Shown: one piece after another, positions 29,768 through 37,361 of the stretch
How the letters are laid out: every line of letters begins with the position of its first letter
How positions within the stretch are numbered: position 1 is the first letter of the stretch
Translations under genes and position numbers: made by a program
Notes under the pieces: model-generated
Told to the model about the DNA's origin: nothing
The model's input: only the letters and a program-made list of their open reading frames with translations
The model's database searches: none
Origin: Thermoplasmata archaeon
GTDB lineage: Archaea; Thermoplasmatota; E2; DHVEG-1
Direction: 5' to 3'
Length of the DNA: 63,144 bases
Assembly: GCA_003942085.1 (NCBI GenBank)
Contig: DQIQ01000004.1
Span: 1-63,144, forward strand

Positions 29768-30721
29768 ATGAAAAAGAATATTCTATCCATGCTTGACATT
29801 GCTGAGGAAATCGAAGAAATCATCGATCTTGGAATTAAAATGAAACATGAGGTGAAAGCAGGTAAACATTACGATGCTTTACAAGGAAAAACACTTGCCA
29901 TGATTTTTGATCGTCAATCAACAAGGACCCGGGTCTCTTTTGAGGTTGGTATGACGTTGCTAGGGGGACATGCGATCTTTCTTACCGGTGGTGAGATGGG
30001 GATAGGACAACGAGAATCCCCTGAGGATATCGCATACGTGTTATCCAGGTATGTCGATGCGATTGTGTACCGGCCAATCAACACATCCCATTTACAAGAA
30101 TTAGCTGCACATGCGACAGTACCGGTCATTAACGGACTTGACCGCGAGGAACACCCCTGCCAGATACTTGCTGACCTTATGACGATAAAAGAAAAAAAAG
30201 GTCGACTTGAAGGTCTTACCTTTACGTTTATTGGTGATGGAGACGATAATCTTGCACACTCTTACCTCTTAGGATGTACACTGACTGGAATGAATGTAAC
30301 GGTGGTCTCCCCGAAGAAATATTGGCCAAATGAGTATTATACCACACGATCAAAAGATATTGCTTGTAAGAAAAACCACACGGTGACCATTACTGAGGAT
30401 ATCAACACCATTGCACAAACCGATGTGATTGCAACCGACACTCATGTATCTTTTTGGTTCGACCATGAACGACAACAACGACGGATGGATCTCTCCAGCT
30501 ACATGGTCACATCAGAGATAATAAAGAAAGCAAAACCAGATGTGATCTTCATGCATTGTATGCCGATGTATTATGGAGAAGAAGTCGCCAAAGACGTTGC
30601 GCACGGGCAGAACTCCGTTGTTATTGACGAAGCGGAGAACCGATTATGGGTGCAAATAGCACTGCTAATCATGCTTCTACGGGAACACCCATCCGAAAAA
30701 ATGCAAGAGAAGAATCTGTAA
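29768..30721 (+). CDS. Ornithine carbamoyltransferase-like transcarbamylase with divergent acceptor site
   Basis: STRTRVSF and HPCQILADL kept; SMG loop reads SFW and HCLP reads HCMP. Confidence 0.8.
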   Translation: MKKNILSMLDIAEEIEEIIDLGIKMKHEVKAGKHYDALQGKTLAMIFDRQSTRTRVSFEVGMTLLGGHAIFLTGGEMGIGQRESPEDIAYVLSRYVDAIVYRPINTSHLQELAAHATVPVINGLDREEHPCQILADLMTIKEKKGRLEGLTFTFIGDGDDNLAHSYLLGCTLTGMNVTVVSPKKYWPNEYYTTRSKDIACKKNHTVTITEDINTIAQTDVIATDTHVSFWFDHERQQRRMDLSSYMVTSEIIKKAKPDVIFMHCMPMYYGEEVAKDVAHGQNSVVIDEAENRLWVQIALLIMLLREHPSEKMQEKNL

Positions 30722-31702
30722 TGTCACATCGATGAAAATCAATACGTAGGAGAATATCAAGAAGTTGAATCCTACTCTCCCGATCTTTTTACCCAGCTGT
30801 CTTTGTTGCTCCCCTTGTGAATGGACCAGCAGATAAAAACGAGAAATCGTGAATAACCACAGAAGGACGAAGGGGATGATGAACAGCATGGAAAGAATAG
30901 TTTGCGTATAGAGCAGGATCCCAAGAATTCCAGCGATGACGACCATGATGAACGCGACACGTGCAGTGATGCCCACCCCAAACGATGTTGCGTAGGTTCG
31001 TACCCCGAATCGTCGGTCACCTTCAGAATCGTGGATTCCTTCGACAAGATCGTGCGCGTCATCCGCAAAATAGGTAAAGGCTATGAGCAGGAGCAATGGG
31101 ATTACCTGGGAACGATGTATGGAAAGAATACCAAGGAGGGGAACCATAAAAGTCACATCTCCGTTCAGAGGGAGCGCAGACCAAAGCACAATTGCTCCAA
31201 TCAGGGGGACGACGAGCCATTGCATCGGAGTAAAAATTTCTGAATATGCAGGAAACTTGATTCGTTTCTTAAGATATCTGTTGTGGAACGCCACAAACAA
31301 CGCAGCCAAGCCAACGATGAAAAAGCACCAGGGACTGATGAGAAAAGCAAAGAGAAACGTGAGTGCCGAGAACAATAATGCGATCATGAAGAAGCGACCT
31401 GAGGTGATAGCACCTCGGGGGATAGGGCGGCTGGGGTGAACAATCCGATCGATATCGACATCGGTGATATCATTCCAGATGAGGGCGGCAAAAAAACCGC
31501 AATACTGTGTGGCGATTGCAAGGATGATTACTTTAATGATTTCCCAGGTATACAACTGAAAACCATAGAACAACAGAGGTACACAAGCAAACATCATGAA
31601 ATAACTGATGAGCTCATAAAATGGAAACGCACGCCAGTTAATAAGAAAATAAAATGGATGTTTAAACGGGGATTCTTTTGATGATTCGGTGTTTTGGGGC
31701 AT
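30677..31702 (-). CDS. UbiA-family prenyltransferase (second)
   Basis: NDITDVDID..HPSRPIP and HDSEGDRRFG; multiple TM helices; start uncertain. Confidence 0.8.
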   Translation of the reverse strand: MPQNTESSKESPFKHPFYFLINWRAFPFYELISYFMMFACVPLLFYGFQLYTWEIIKVIILAIATQYCGFFAALIWNDITDVDIDRIVHPSRPIPRGAITSGRFFMIALLFSALTFLFAFLISPWCFFIVGLAALFVAFHNRYLKKRIKFPAYSEIFTPMQWLVVPLIGAIVLWSALPLNGDVTFMVPLLGILSIHRSQVIPLLLLIAFTYFADDAHDLVEGIHDSEGDRRFGVRTYATSFGVGITARVAFIMVVIAGILGILLYTQTILSMLFIIPFVLLWLFTISRFYLLVHSQGEQQRQLGKKIGRVGFNFLIFSYVLIFIDVTLQILLLHFFGWVFP

Positions 31703-31770
31703 GGTCGCCACGATTTTCTTTGTAATGTAATTGAGTGAGACTAAAAAAAGTTTCTTCCTTCGCATCGGTA

Positions 31771-32403
31771 CTATGCTGTTTTCTTCAGATAAAATGCATC
31801 CCATGCGATTGGTGCTATCAGGAGGAATGAATCATGGTGCATCTGTTTAAGGATGACGATGGAGGGGTATTTGTCGATGCACCGGCAGATGTCTTTGGAA
31901 GCGACGTGTAACTCGCGAACGATGATGATGGTATTCGGTTTTGCCGTCGTAAAGATATGCTCCAGGATACTAGCCTTGGGGTACGAACAGGTTGACACAA
32001 TGATGACATCGAAGGGTTTAACAGGATATGAGGATCCATCACCTTCGTAAATATTCACTTTTTTTTCCAATCCTTTTTTTTTCAGGACATCCCGTGCTTG
32101 CCGTACCGCATCCGGGTCCTTATCGATTCCCACGATCTTTACTTTTCCAAGAGAAGCAAGCTCAATCACCGTGAGAGGGTACGGCCCACAGCCGATGTGC
32201 AGAATTTTACTGTTTTCAGAAATGCCAACAGACTCATATTCAGATTTATATTCAGTTGCGATCGCTTTATTATAATGTTCTGCGATTCTTTGATTTTTAT
32301 AGGACCACACATCCATGATATGCCAAAAATAATTCGAAATGCCTTTAATAGGCCAGACGAAGAATCTTTCTATGATCGGTTGTTTTTCTCCCCGTTGTCG
32401 CAT
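31771..32403 (-). CDS. SAM-dependent transferase, nicotianamine-synthase-like (second)
   Basis: LHIGCGPYPLT, GIDKDPDA, FDVIIV; paralogue of 26267-26926. Confidence 0.6.
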   Translation of the reverse strand: MRQRGEKQPIIERFFVWPIKGISNYFWHIMDVWSYKNQRIAEHYNKAIATEYKSEYESVGISENSKILHIGCGPYPLTVIELASLGKVKIVGIDKDPDAVRQARDVLKKKGLEKKVNIYEGDGSSYPVKPFDVIIVSTCSYPKASILEHIFTTAKPNTIIIVRELHVASKDICRCIDKYPSIVILKQMHHDSFLLIAPIAWDAFYLKKTA

Positions 32404-32427
32404 ATGATGACAGGTCTTCCTTGAAAG

Positions 32428-32760
32428 TCAACTTTCTCTGGATATATCCCTGCTATTATTTGTATTTATACTTGAATCATGCTTGATGTTGAACCGTGTT
32501 GAAGCATATCTTTTTTTCATTGTTACCAAGATAACATTACAGCTGATGCCGACCGCGTTTGCGATTATTATTGCGATATCGATTCGAAGGGCCCCATAGA
32601 TCAACCAGAGGGACATCCCTAAAGCAAGAAGTAAAGGCATCCCGTAGGAGACATCGTCAAGTTTCTTGGTGCGATATCCCCGAACGATCTGAGGAAAAAA
32701 CCCTATTGAGGTGATTGCTCCTGCAGAAAAACCTATGACCGTAATCAAATCAATATTCAT
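32428..32760 (-). CDS. SemiSWEET/PQ-loop family small transporter
   Basis: FFPQIVRGYRTK..DVS, LWLIYG, IIANA; three TM helices. Confidence 0.8.
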   Translation of the reverse strand: MNIDLITVIGFSAGAITSIGFFPQIVRGYRTKKLDDVSYGMPLLLALGMSLWLIYGALRIDIAIIIANAVGISCNVILVTMKKRYASTRFNIKHDSSINTNNSRDISRES

Positions 32761-32851
32761 GGACCGTAATTCATCCAACAAAGTATATTAAGTCTTCCTT
32801 ATATCCACGCATAAGTTTTTCAATGAATATCAGATGAAGAGAAATATCTCT

Positions 32852-32924
32852 GGGCCCGTGGGGTAGCTTGGTATCCTTCTAGCTTGGGGTGCTAGTGACT
32901 TGAGTTCAAATCTCAACGGGCCCA
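32852..32924 (+). tRNA. tRNA-Pro(GGG)
   Basis: Acceptor GGGCCCG/CGGGCCC, anticodon arm CTAGC-TTGGGGT-GCTAG, T-loop TTCAAAT. Confidence 0.95.
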
Positions 32925-32954
32925 CTGAATCATCATTATCTTGTTGGAAAGATA

Positions 32955-33395
32955 TTACTTCATTACCCTTTTTTCATTTTTCACGATGTTAAGAACAATC
33001 TGGGTGTTTGTTTTTTCAACATTATCCATAGAAAGAACACCTTTGATAAACCCGTTTAAATCTTTTCTATCTTTAAAATGTGCAATGATCAATGAATCCC
33101 ATTCTCCAGTGATGTCATACACGCCACTCACATGTTTATCCTTTGATATTCTTTCTTGCACTTCGATCAGTTTTCCATGGGATATCTTAACATTTATTAT
33201 CGCGGTCAAATCGTATCCAATTTTTTCTTGGTTTATTAACGGAATATATCTTTCAATTACTTTTTCGTCCTCCATCCTTTTAATCCGATTGGATACCGTC
33301 GTCAATGATACGTTAAGTTCTCTTGCAATTTCTCTGTAGCTCTTCCGGGCATTCTCGTTTAATTTTCCCAGTATTTTATCATCTAATTCATCCAT
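32955..33395 (-). CDS. Lrp/AsnC family transcriptional regulator
   Basis: MDELDDKIL..NARKSYREIAREL HTH; ITGEWD in the RAM domain. Confidence 0.92.
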   Translation of the reverse strand: MDELDDKILGKLNENARKSYREIARELNVSLTTVSNRIKRMEDEKVIERYIPLINQEKIGYDLTAIINVKISHGKLIEVQERISKDKHVSGVYDITGEWDSLIIAHFKDRKDLNGFIKGVLSMDNVEKTNTQIVLNIVKNEKRVMK

Positions 33396-33545
33396 ACATA
33401 TGTAAATCTATTGTCAATTTAAATGTTTTTGCCCTCTTTTTTATTTAATTATTGAAATATGTAAATTATTTTCATGAAAAAAAGGTCAATTGACTTAATT
33501 TTTCGACAAAGAATATATTAATTATATTTACACCAGTATTATCTC

Positions 33546-33644
33546 ATGACAGAAATCTGTTCAAGATGTCCAATCCCAAATCTGATGCATAGAAATTGCT
33601 GCGAATGTAATTTAATAAAAATACGATACTATGAAACTGATTAG
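33546..33644 (+). CDS. Candidate 32-aa Cys-rich micro-protein
   Basis: MTEICSRCPIPNLMHRNCCECNLIKIRYYETD with two CxxC motifs; TATA-like run about 30 bp upstream. Confidence 0.35.
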   Translation: MTEICSRCPIPNLMHRNCCECNLIKIRYYETD

Positions 33645-33737
33645 GGCACGATGCAAACTATACAACTACATTTTCTTTTAATAAAAAATAGTACCATGAA
33701 CAATAAAGATCATAAAAAATAAAAAAAAAGAAGGATA

Positions 33738-33923
33738 TTACTTCTTTTTCAGATAGGGAAGGCCGGTTCGTTTGTTGACACCAACGGCATATCCCGGCGG
33801 TAATTCACAGGGTGTTCCACTTTTTGGTGATCGTTTACTAAAGAAATAAATCGTTTGCTTCCGTCCGCCTTTGAGCGTGACATCCCTCTTATATAACGTC
33901 CATCCTTCGTATATATATGGCAT
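33738..33923 (-). CDS. Small basic conserved hypothetical protein
   Basis: VTLKGGRKQTIYFFSK..LP.GY.V..N.RTGLPYLKK; TATA-like upstream sequence and T-run downstream. Confidence 0.75.
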   Translation of the reverse strand: MPYIYEGWTLYKRDVTLKGGRKQTIYFFSKRSPKSGTPCELPPGYAVGVNKRTGLPYLKKK

Positions 33924-34001
33924 AATTCGTTCCTCGGAACACGAATCATATAAGGACGATTTAAAGTTTCTCTACGCATCTCCAGAAAAAAACTAAGGGG
34001 T

Positions 34002-34403
34002 TTAGTGTTGTTGGATGGGTTGCAAAATGAGCTTGTTTTGATGTTTTTGAAAGATGATTTCATGATCCTCGAAAATCGGGTTTCTCCCGAGAAGAACAGG
34101 CAGGTCGTTACGATCGGACACATGGATTTCAAGGTTTTCGTAGGTGTACTTCCGGTCCTCATCATAGATAACCATGGTCAGGACTGATTTGAAAAGAGAT
34201 GTTTCCCCCGCCGCGGTATCGACACACCCTGCTTTTTCCAGCTTGAGTTTTAGATATTTGGCAATCGCATGAGGGATAACAATAAAATCTCCACCAGAAT
34301 CAAGCAGGGCATCAATCATGGGGGTCTCTCGTTCTTTAGAGAGAAACTTGATAGGAATTAACGGATAGTTCTTGTATTCGAAGACAAAGGGTGTTTCTTG
34401 CAT
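34002..34403 (-). CDS. Retropepsin-like aspartyl protease
   Basis: ALLDSGGD and VLLGRN motifs. Confidence 0.8.
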   Translation of the reverse strand: MQETPFVFEYKNYPLIPIKFLSKERETPMIDALLDSGGDFIVIPHAIAKYLKLKLEKAGCVDTAAGETSLFKSVLTMVIYDEDRKYTYENLEIHVSDRNDLPVLLGRNPIFEDHEIIFQKHQNKLILQPIQQH

Positions 34404-34411
34404 GATTCTAT

Positions 34412-34603
34412 TTAATGTAAATGAATACTGCCAGATAATACTTTTGATATCTTGATGGTATCTTCAGGAAATTTCTGAGCAGGGTACTTCTCATCGGCAG
34501 CCCTTAGCACATCCTCAAGGTTCACGCTATGGTCAACGATTTGGTCGTTGAACAACAAAATCCATTCACCCGTGTATTTTTTAAGTATCTCTTCCTGGTC
34601 CAT
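34412..34603 (-). CDS. DUF5678-like small protein
   Basis: KKYTGEWILL...IVDH pattern, directly upstream of the retropepsin gene. Confidence 0.65.
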   Translation of the reverse strand: MDQEEILKKYTGEWILLFNDQIVDHSVNLEDVLRAADEKYPAQKFPEDTIKISKVLSGSIHLH

Positions 34604-34661
34604 CAGCTATCACTTACCGTAATGCGGTATATAAACTTTCGCCATTTCTAGAGGAAAAAAC

Positions 34662-34874
34662 CTATTCTTTTTCCTCGTCGGTCTTCTCAAAAGAAAGGGA
34701 GAGAATCGCCCCAAGCAGACCACCGAGGACCAAAACAATGGTGATGGAATAGATGCCGATGTCCGCCCAGACACCATAGCGAAGGCCCCAAGTAATGTAG
34801 AGAATTAGTCCTGCGATAAGGACGATGAGAGCAACGATGGTATAGGCATTGATGTTTTTCATGCTTATTTTCAT
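34662..34874 (-). CDS. Small two-TM membrane protein
   Basis: Two hydrophobic helices around WGLRYGVWADIGIYS; GAGGT SD. Confidence 0.7.
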   Translation of the reverse strand: MKISMKNINAYTIVALIVLIAGLILYITWGLRYGVWADIGIYSITIVLVLGGLLGAILSLSFEKTDEEKE

Positions 34875-34912
34875 TTTTTTATACCTCTTTTATCATTTTT
34901 TTTTAACTTGGA

Positions 34913-35051
34913 TGGGAGCACTGGGATTTGAACCCAGATCGACGGGTCTCTTCGTAGGTCATCGCTCCAGTTATTCATCATACGTCAGATGACCCTCTTG
35001 TAATCATACCTAACTGGAGCCCGTAATGATGCCGGGTTACACCATGCTCCC
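34913..35051 (-). tRNA. tRNA-Trp(CCA) with 66-nt intron at 37/38
   Basis: Acceptor GGGAGCA/TGCTCCC, anticodon stem ACGGG/CCCGT, CT-CCA-G then intron 35013-34948, T-loop TTCAAAT. Confidence 0.93.
34948..35013 (-). ncRNA. Intron-encoded box C/D guide RNA
   Basis: ATGATTA (C), CTGA (D'), ATGATGA (C'), ATGA (D-like); guide AACTGGAGC is complementary to GCTCCAGTT at the anticodon. Confidence 0.8.
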
Positions 35052-35064
35052 ATTATGATAGGTA

Positions 35065-35169
35065 TTACTGTTTCTGTCGTCGCATCCGTTTTTCTCGTCG
35101 CATCCGTTTCTTGCGCCATTTCCAGCGCATTTTCCTTCGCTTTTTCCATACTCGAGAACTGCGTTTCAT
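35065..35169 (-). CDS. rpl41e: Ribosomal protein eL41/eS32 (34 aa)
   Basis: MKRSSRVWKKRRKMRWKWRKKRMRREKRMRRQKQ; GAGG SD; below the ORF-track cutoff. Confidence 0.85.
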   Translation of the reverse strand: MKRSSRVWKKRRKMRWKWRKKRMRREKRMRRQKQ

Positions 35170-35241
35170 TGGATTTTCCTCTGGTTTGTCTACCTTGCCC
35201 CTAAAATAGATAGCTATATTTAACTGTTTAGGAACAAAAAG

Positions 35242-35583
35242 CTATGGTTTCTCTGCTCTGTCAAGCCACACATATTTACAGCAGGTGCAATACCAGGCAG
35301 ATGATATCCATTCTTGCTTTCCATTCACCGGGTTTTTATGGCGGAACAATCTGACAAGTTTCAGGTCACAATTTGGGCATTTCCCATCGTACGATTTCTG
35401 ATAATCCTTTCCACCGATCGGATACATCAATGTATCGGAAGCAACCGTGTAAAGGAAATTACAGTCGGTGCACAGCCAGGCAGTCGGGACCCATTTACGT
35501 TTCCCATCCAAGGTCTTGTTTTGATACAACCGGACTGCTTTTGCGCTGCATTTGGGACATTTCTTTTTTATAGGTGACACCAC
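35242..35583 (-). CDS. Hypothetical protein with two tandem Zn-ribbon repeats
   Basis: CPKC..VRLY..W..AWLCTDC repeated as CPNC..VRLF..W..AWYCTCC. Confidence 0.75.
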   Translation of the reverse strand: MVSPIKKKCPKCSAKAVRLYQNKTLDGKRKWVPTAWLCTDCNFLYTVASDTLMYPIGGKDYQKSYDGKCPNCDLKLVRLFRHKNPVNGKQEWISSAWYCTCCKYVWLDRAEKP

Positions 35584-35709
35584 CTCTTATAGTATGCTTG
35601 TTCTCTCCTACCTACATCATGTGCAGGTTTAAAAGATTCTCATACAACAGATTGTTTCCTTAAAGTATACTTTTAGAAAAGTGATACAAATGAAAAAAAA
35701 TGATTTAAG

Positions 35710-35784
35710 CGGGCTTGGAGGGATTCGAACCCTCGGCCAATCGGTTAAGAGCCGATTGCTCTAGCCTAGCTGAGCTACAAGCCC
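35710..35784 (-). tRNA. tRNA-Lys(CTT)
   Basis: Acceptor GGGCTTG/CAAGCCC, anticodon arm ATCGG-CTCTTAA-CCGAT, T-loop TTCGAAT. Confidence 0.95.
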
Positions 35785-35908
35785 CCTTGATAGAAAGTAT
35801 ATGGTGTAACATTCGCTATTATTTAGGTTTGACGATGGCATCGTATCGGCTTTGACAGATGAAGTAGGTCCTGAAAAAGGAATATCCTGACCAGATAAAA
35901 CTCTGGAG

Positions 35909-37312
35909 TTACTCGTCGATTACCTTGTATCCCTTTTCAGGTTTTATAAGGGAGATGACCAGCGGTGCTGGTTTTCCCTTCTGAGAAGGAATATCCTGCA
36001 CTTCTTTGACGTTAATCTGGACACCCGGACCTGCTTTTTTCGAATGAATCTCTTTTATTTTTTCAAAAATCAAATCAATCGAAGGACCAACGGTTCGCAG
36101 GTCTTCATCGATAATGACGAGGATGTCTATCTCATGAAGTGTTTTCTGAACAATCTGAAACTGCTTGACTTTTCTGGTTTTAAGATCATTCAGGATGCTG
36201 TATAGACTAGCAAAGGATGCTGCCGGGAACAACCGACCATCAGGTAGTACCACGCTATCGCTCCTTCTCCCCTCCACACCATCCTTAAGCACCGGGGTAT
36301 GCAGACCGCAGGGACAGTCATTATCCTCGGCCAGGACTATCCAATCATCCATCCCGGTGTATCGCACGATAGGCGTCGCCTTCCCATACAGTCGCGTCAC
36401 CACGATATGACCACGTTTTCCCTTTTCCACAGGTTCCCTATCCTCATCTATTGTCTCCACATGGAAATAATCATAGTTGACATGCCAGGTTCCTTCGTCG
36501 CATTCAAAAGCGATCGGAGCTCCAAGGGATTCTACCGACTCGTAGGTATTATACATTTTACATCCAAAAGCTTCCTCGACATAACTTCTGGTGTACTGCT
36601 CAAGGACAGACCCGCCCACGACAAGGGCTTTGGGGGTGATGTGTTCTCCATAACCTTTTCGTTTATAATACGCTAATTGAAAGAACGTGGCCGGGTAGGA
36701 ATACATAAGATCAGGTTTGAATCGATCAAGTTGCGTAATAATTTCCTTCATCGGAAGAAAAGCGTTCAACATGATGCGTTTATCCTTACGGTACACCAAG
36801 GAAGCTTTGGAATAAAAAAGGTTTTCAACGGTCGAGTCAGCCATATTTGGATTAAAATTACCGATATTTGCTAAGCGGGAGGTCCTCCAATTCAAATGCA
36901 GCTGATCAAACATTCGTAAGGTCGCCCCAATCCCACCGGTGAACACAGAAAAATCAGTGTAGATGGAGACTTGTTTTCCTGTTGAACCAGAGGTTGACAC
37001 GATGCGCGTGTTCTGTTTATTATACCCGCAAGGAAGGATATCGTTCGGAAAATGCTGGACTAGGTCTGGTTTTGAAACAAAAGGGATTTTTGCCACATCT
37101 TGTATCCCGGAGACATCCTGAAGACGAAGCCCAGCAGCTTCATACTTTTGATGATAGAGGGGGACTGTTTCTGCATACCGAAATGTCCTTCGCAGCGCTT
37201 TATCTCGATATTTTTTGATTTTCTCAGAGGAATATCTTCGCACTCTTGAAGCATCAAAAAGAAAATTCTTAAGAAACGGCAGAGCGGTGCCAGGATTAAG
37301 AAACGGATTCAT
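35909..37312 (-). CDS. PaaK-like adenylate-forming enzyme (third)
   Basis: MNPF start, STSGSTGK, TYESVE, TPIVRY, EGRR, QFQIVQ; paralogue of 24876-26270. Confidence 0.8.
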   Translation of the reverse strand: MNPFLNPGTALPFLKNFLFDASRVRRYSSEKIKKYRDKALRRTFRYAETVPLYHQKYEAAGLRLQDVSGIQDVAKIPFVSKPDLVQHFPNDILPCGYNKQNTRIVSTSGSTGKQVSIYTDFSVFTGGIGATLRMFDQLHLNWRTSRLANIGNFNPNMADSTVENLFYSKASLVYRKDKRIMLNAFLPMKEIITQLDRFKPDLMYSYPATFFQLAYYKRKGYGEHITPKALVVGGSVLEQYTRSYVEEAFGCKMYNTYESVESLGAPIAFECDEGTWHVNYDYFHVETIDEDREPVEKGKRGHIVVTRLYGKATPIVRYTGMDDWIVLAEDNDCPCGLHTPVLKDGVEGRRSDSVVLPDGRLFPAASFASLYSILNDLKTRKVKQFQIVQKTLHEIDILVIIDEDLRTVGPSIDLIFEKIKEIHSKKAGPGVQINVKEVQDIPSQKGKPAPLVISLIKPEKGYKVIDE

Positions 37313-37361
37313 ATGTAATCAATTTCTACCCCAATGCAAATATTAATAATATATTTTCTGA

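Noticed and set aside
29768..30721. Assigning the gene symbol argF
   Set aside because: Ornithine-binding motifs are altered and there is no arginine-pathway context.
35077..35109. 15-bp direct repeat TCGTCGCATCCGTTT as a mobile-element or regulatory repeat
   Set aside because: Explained by the duplicated KRMRR coding unit of rpl41e.
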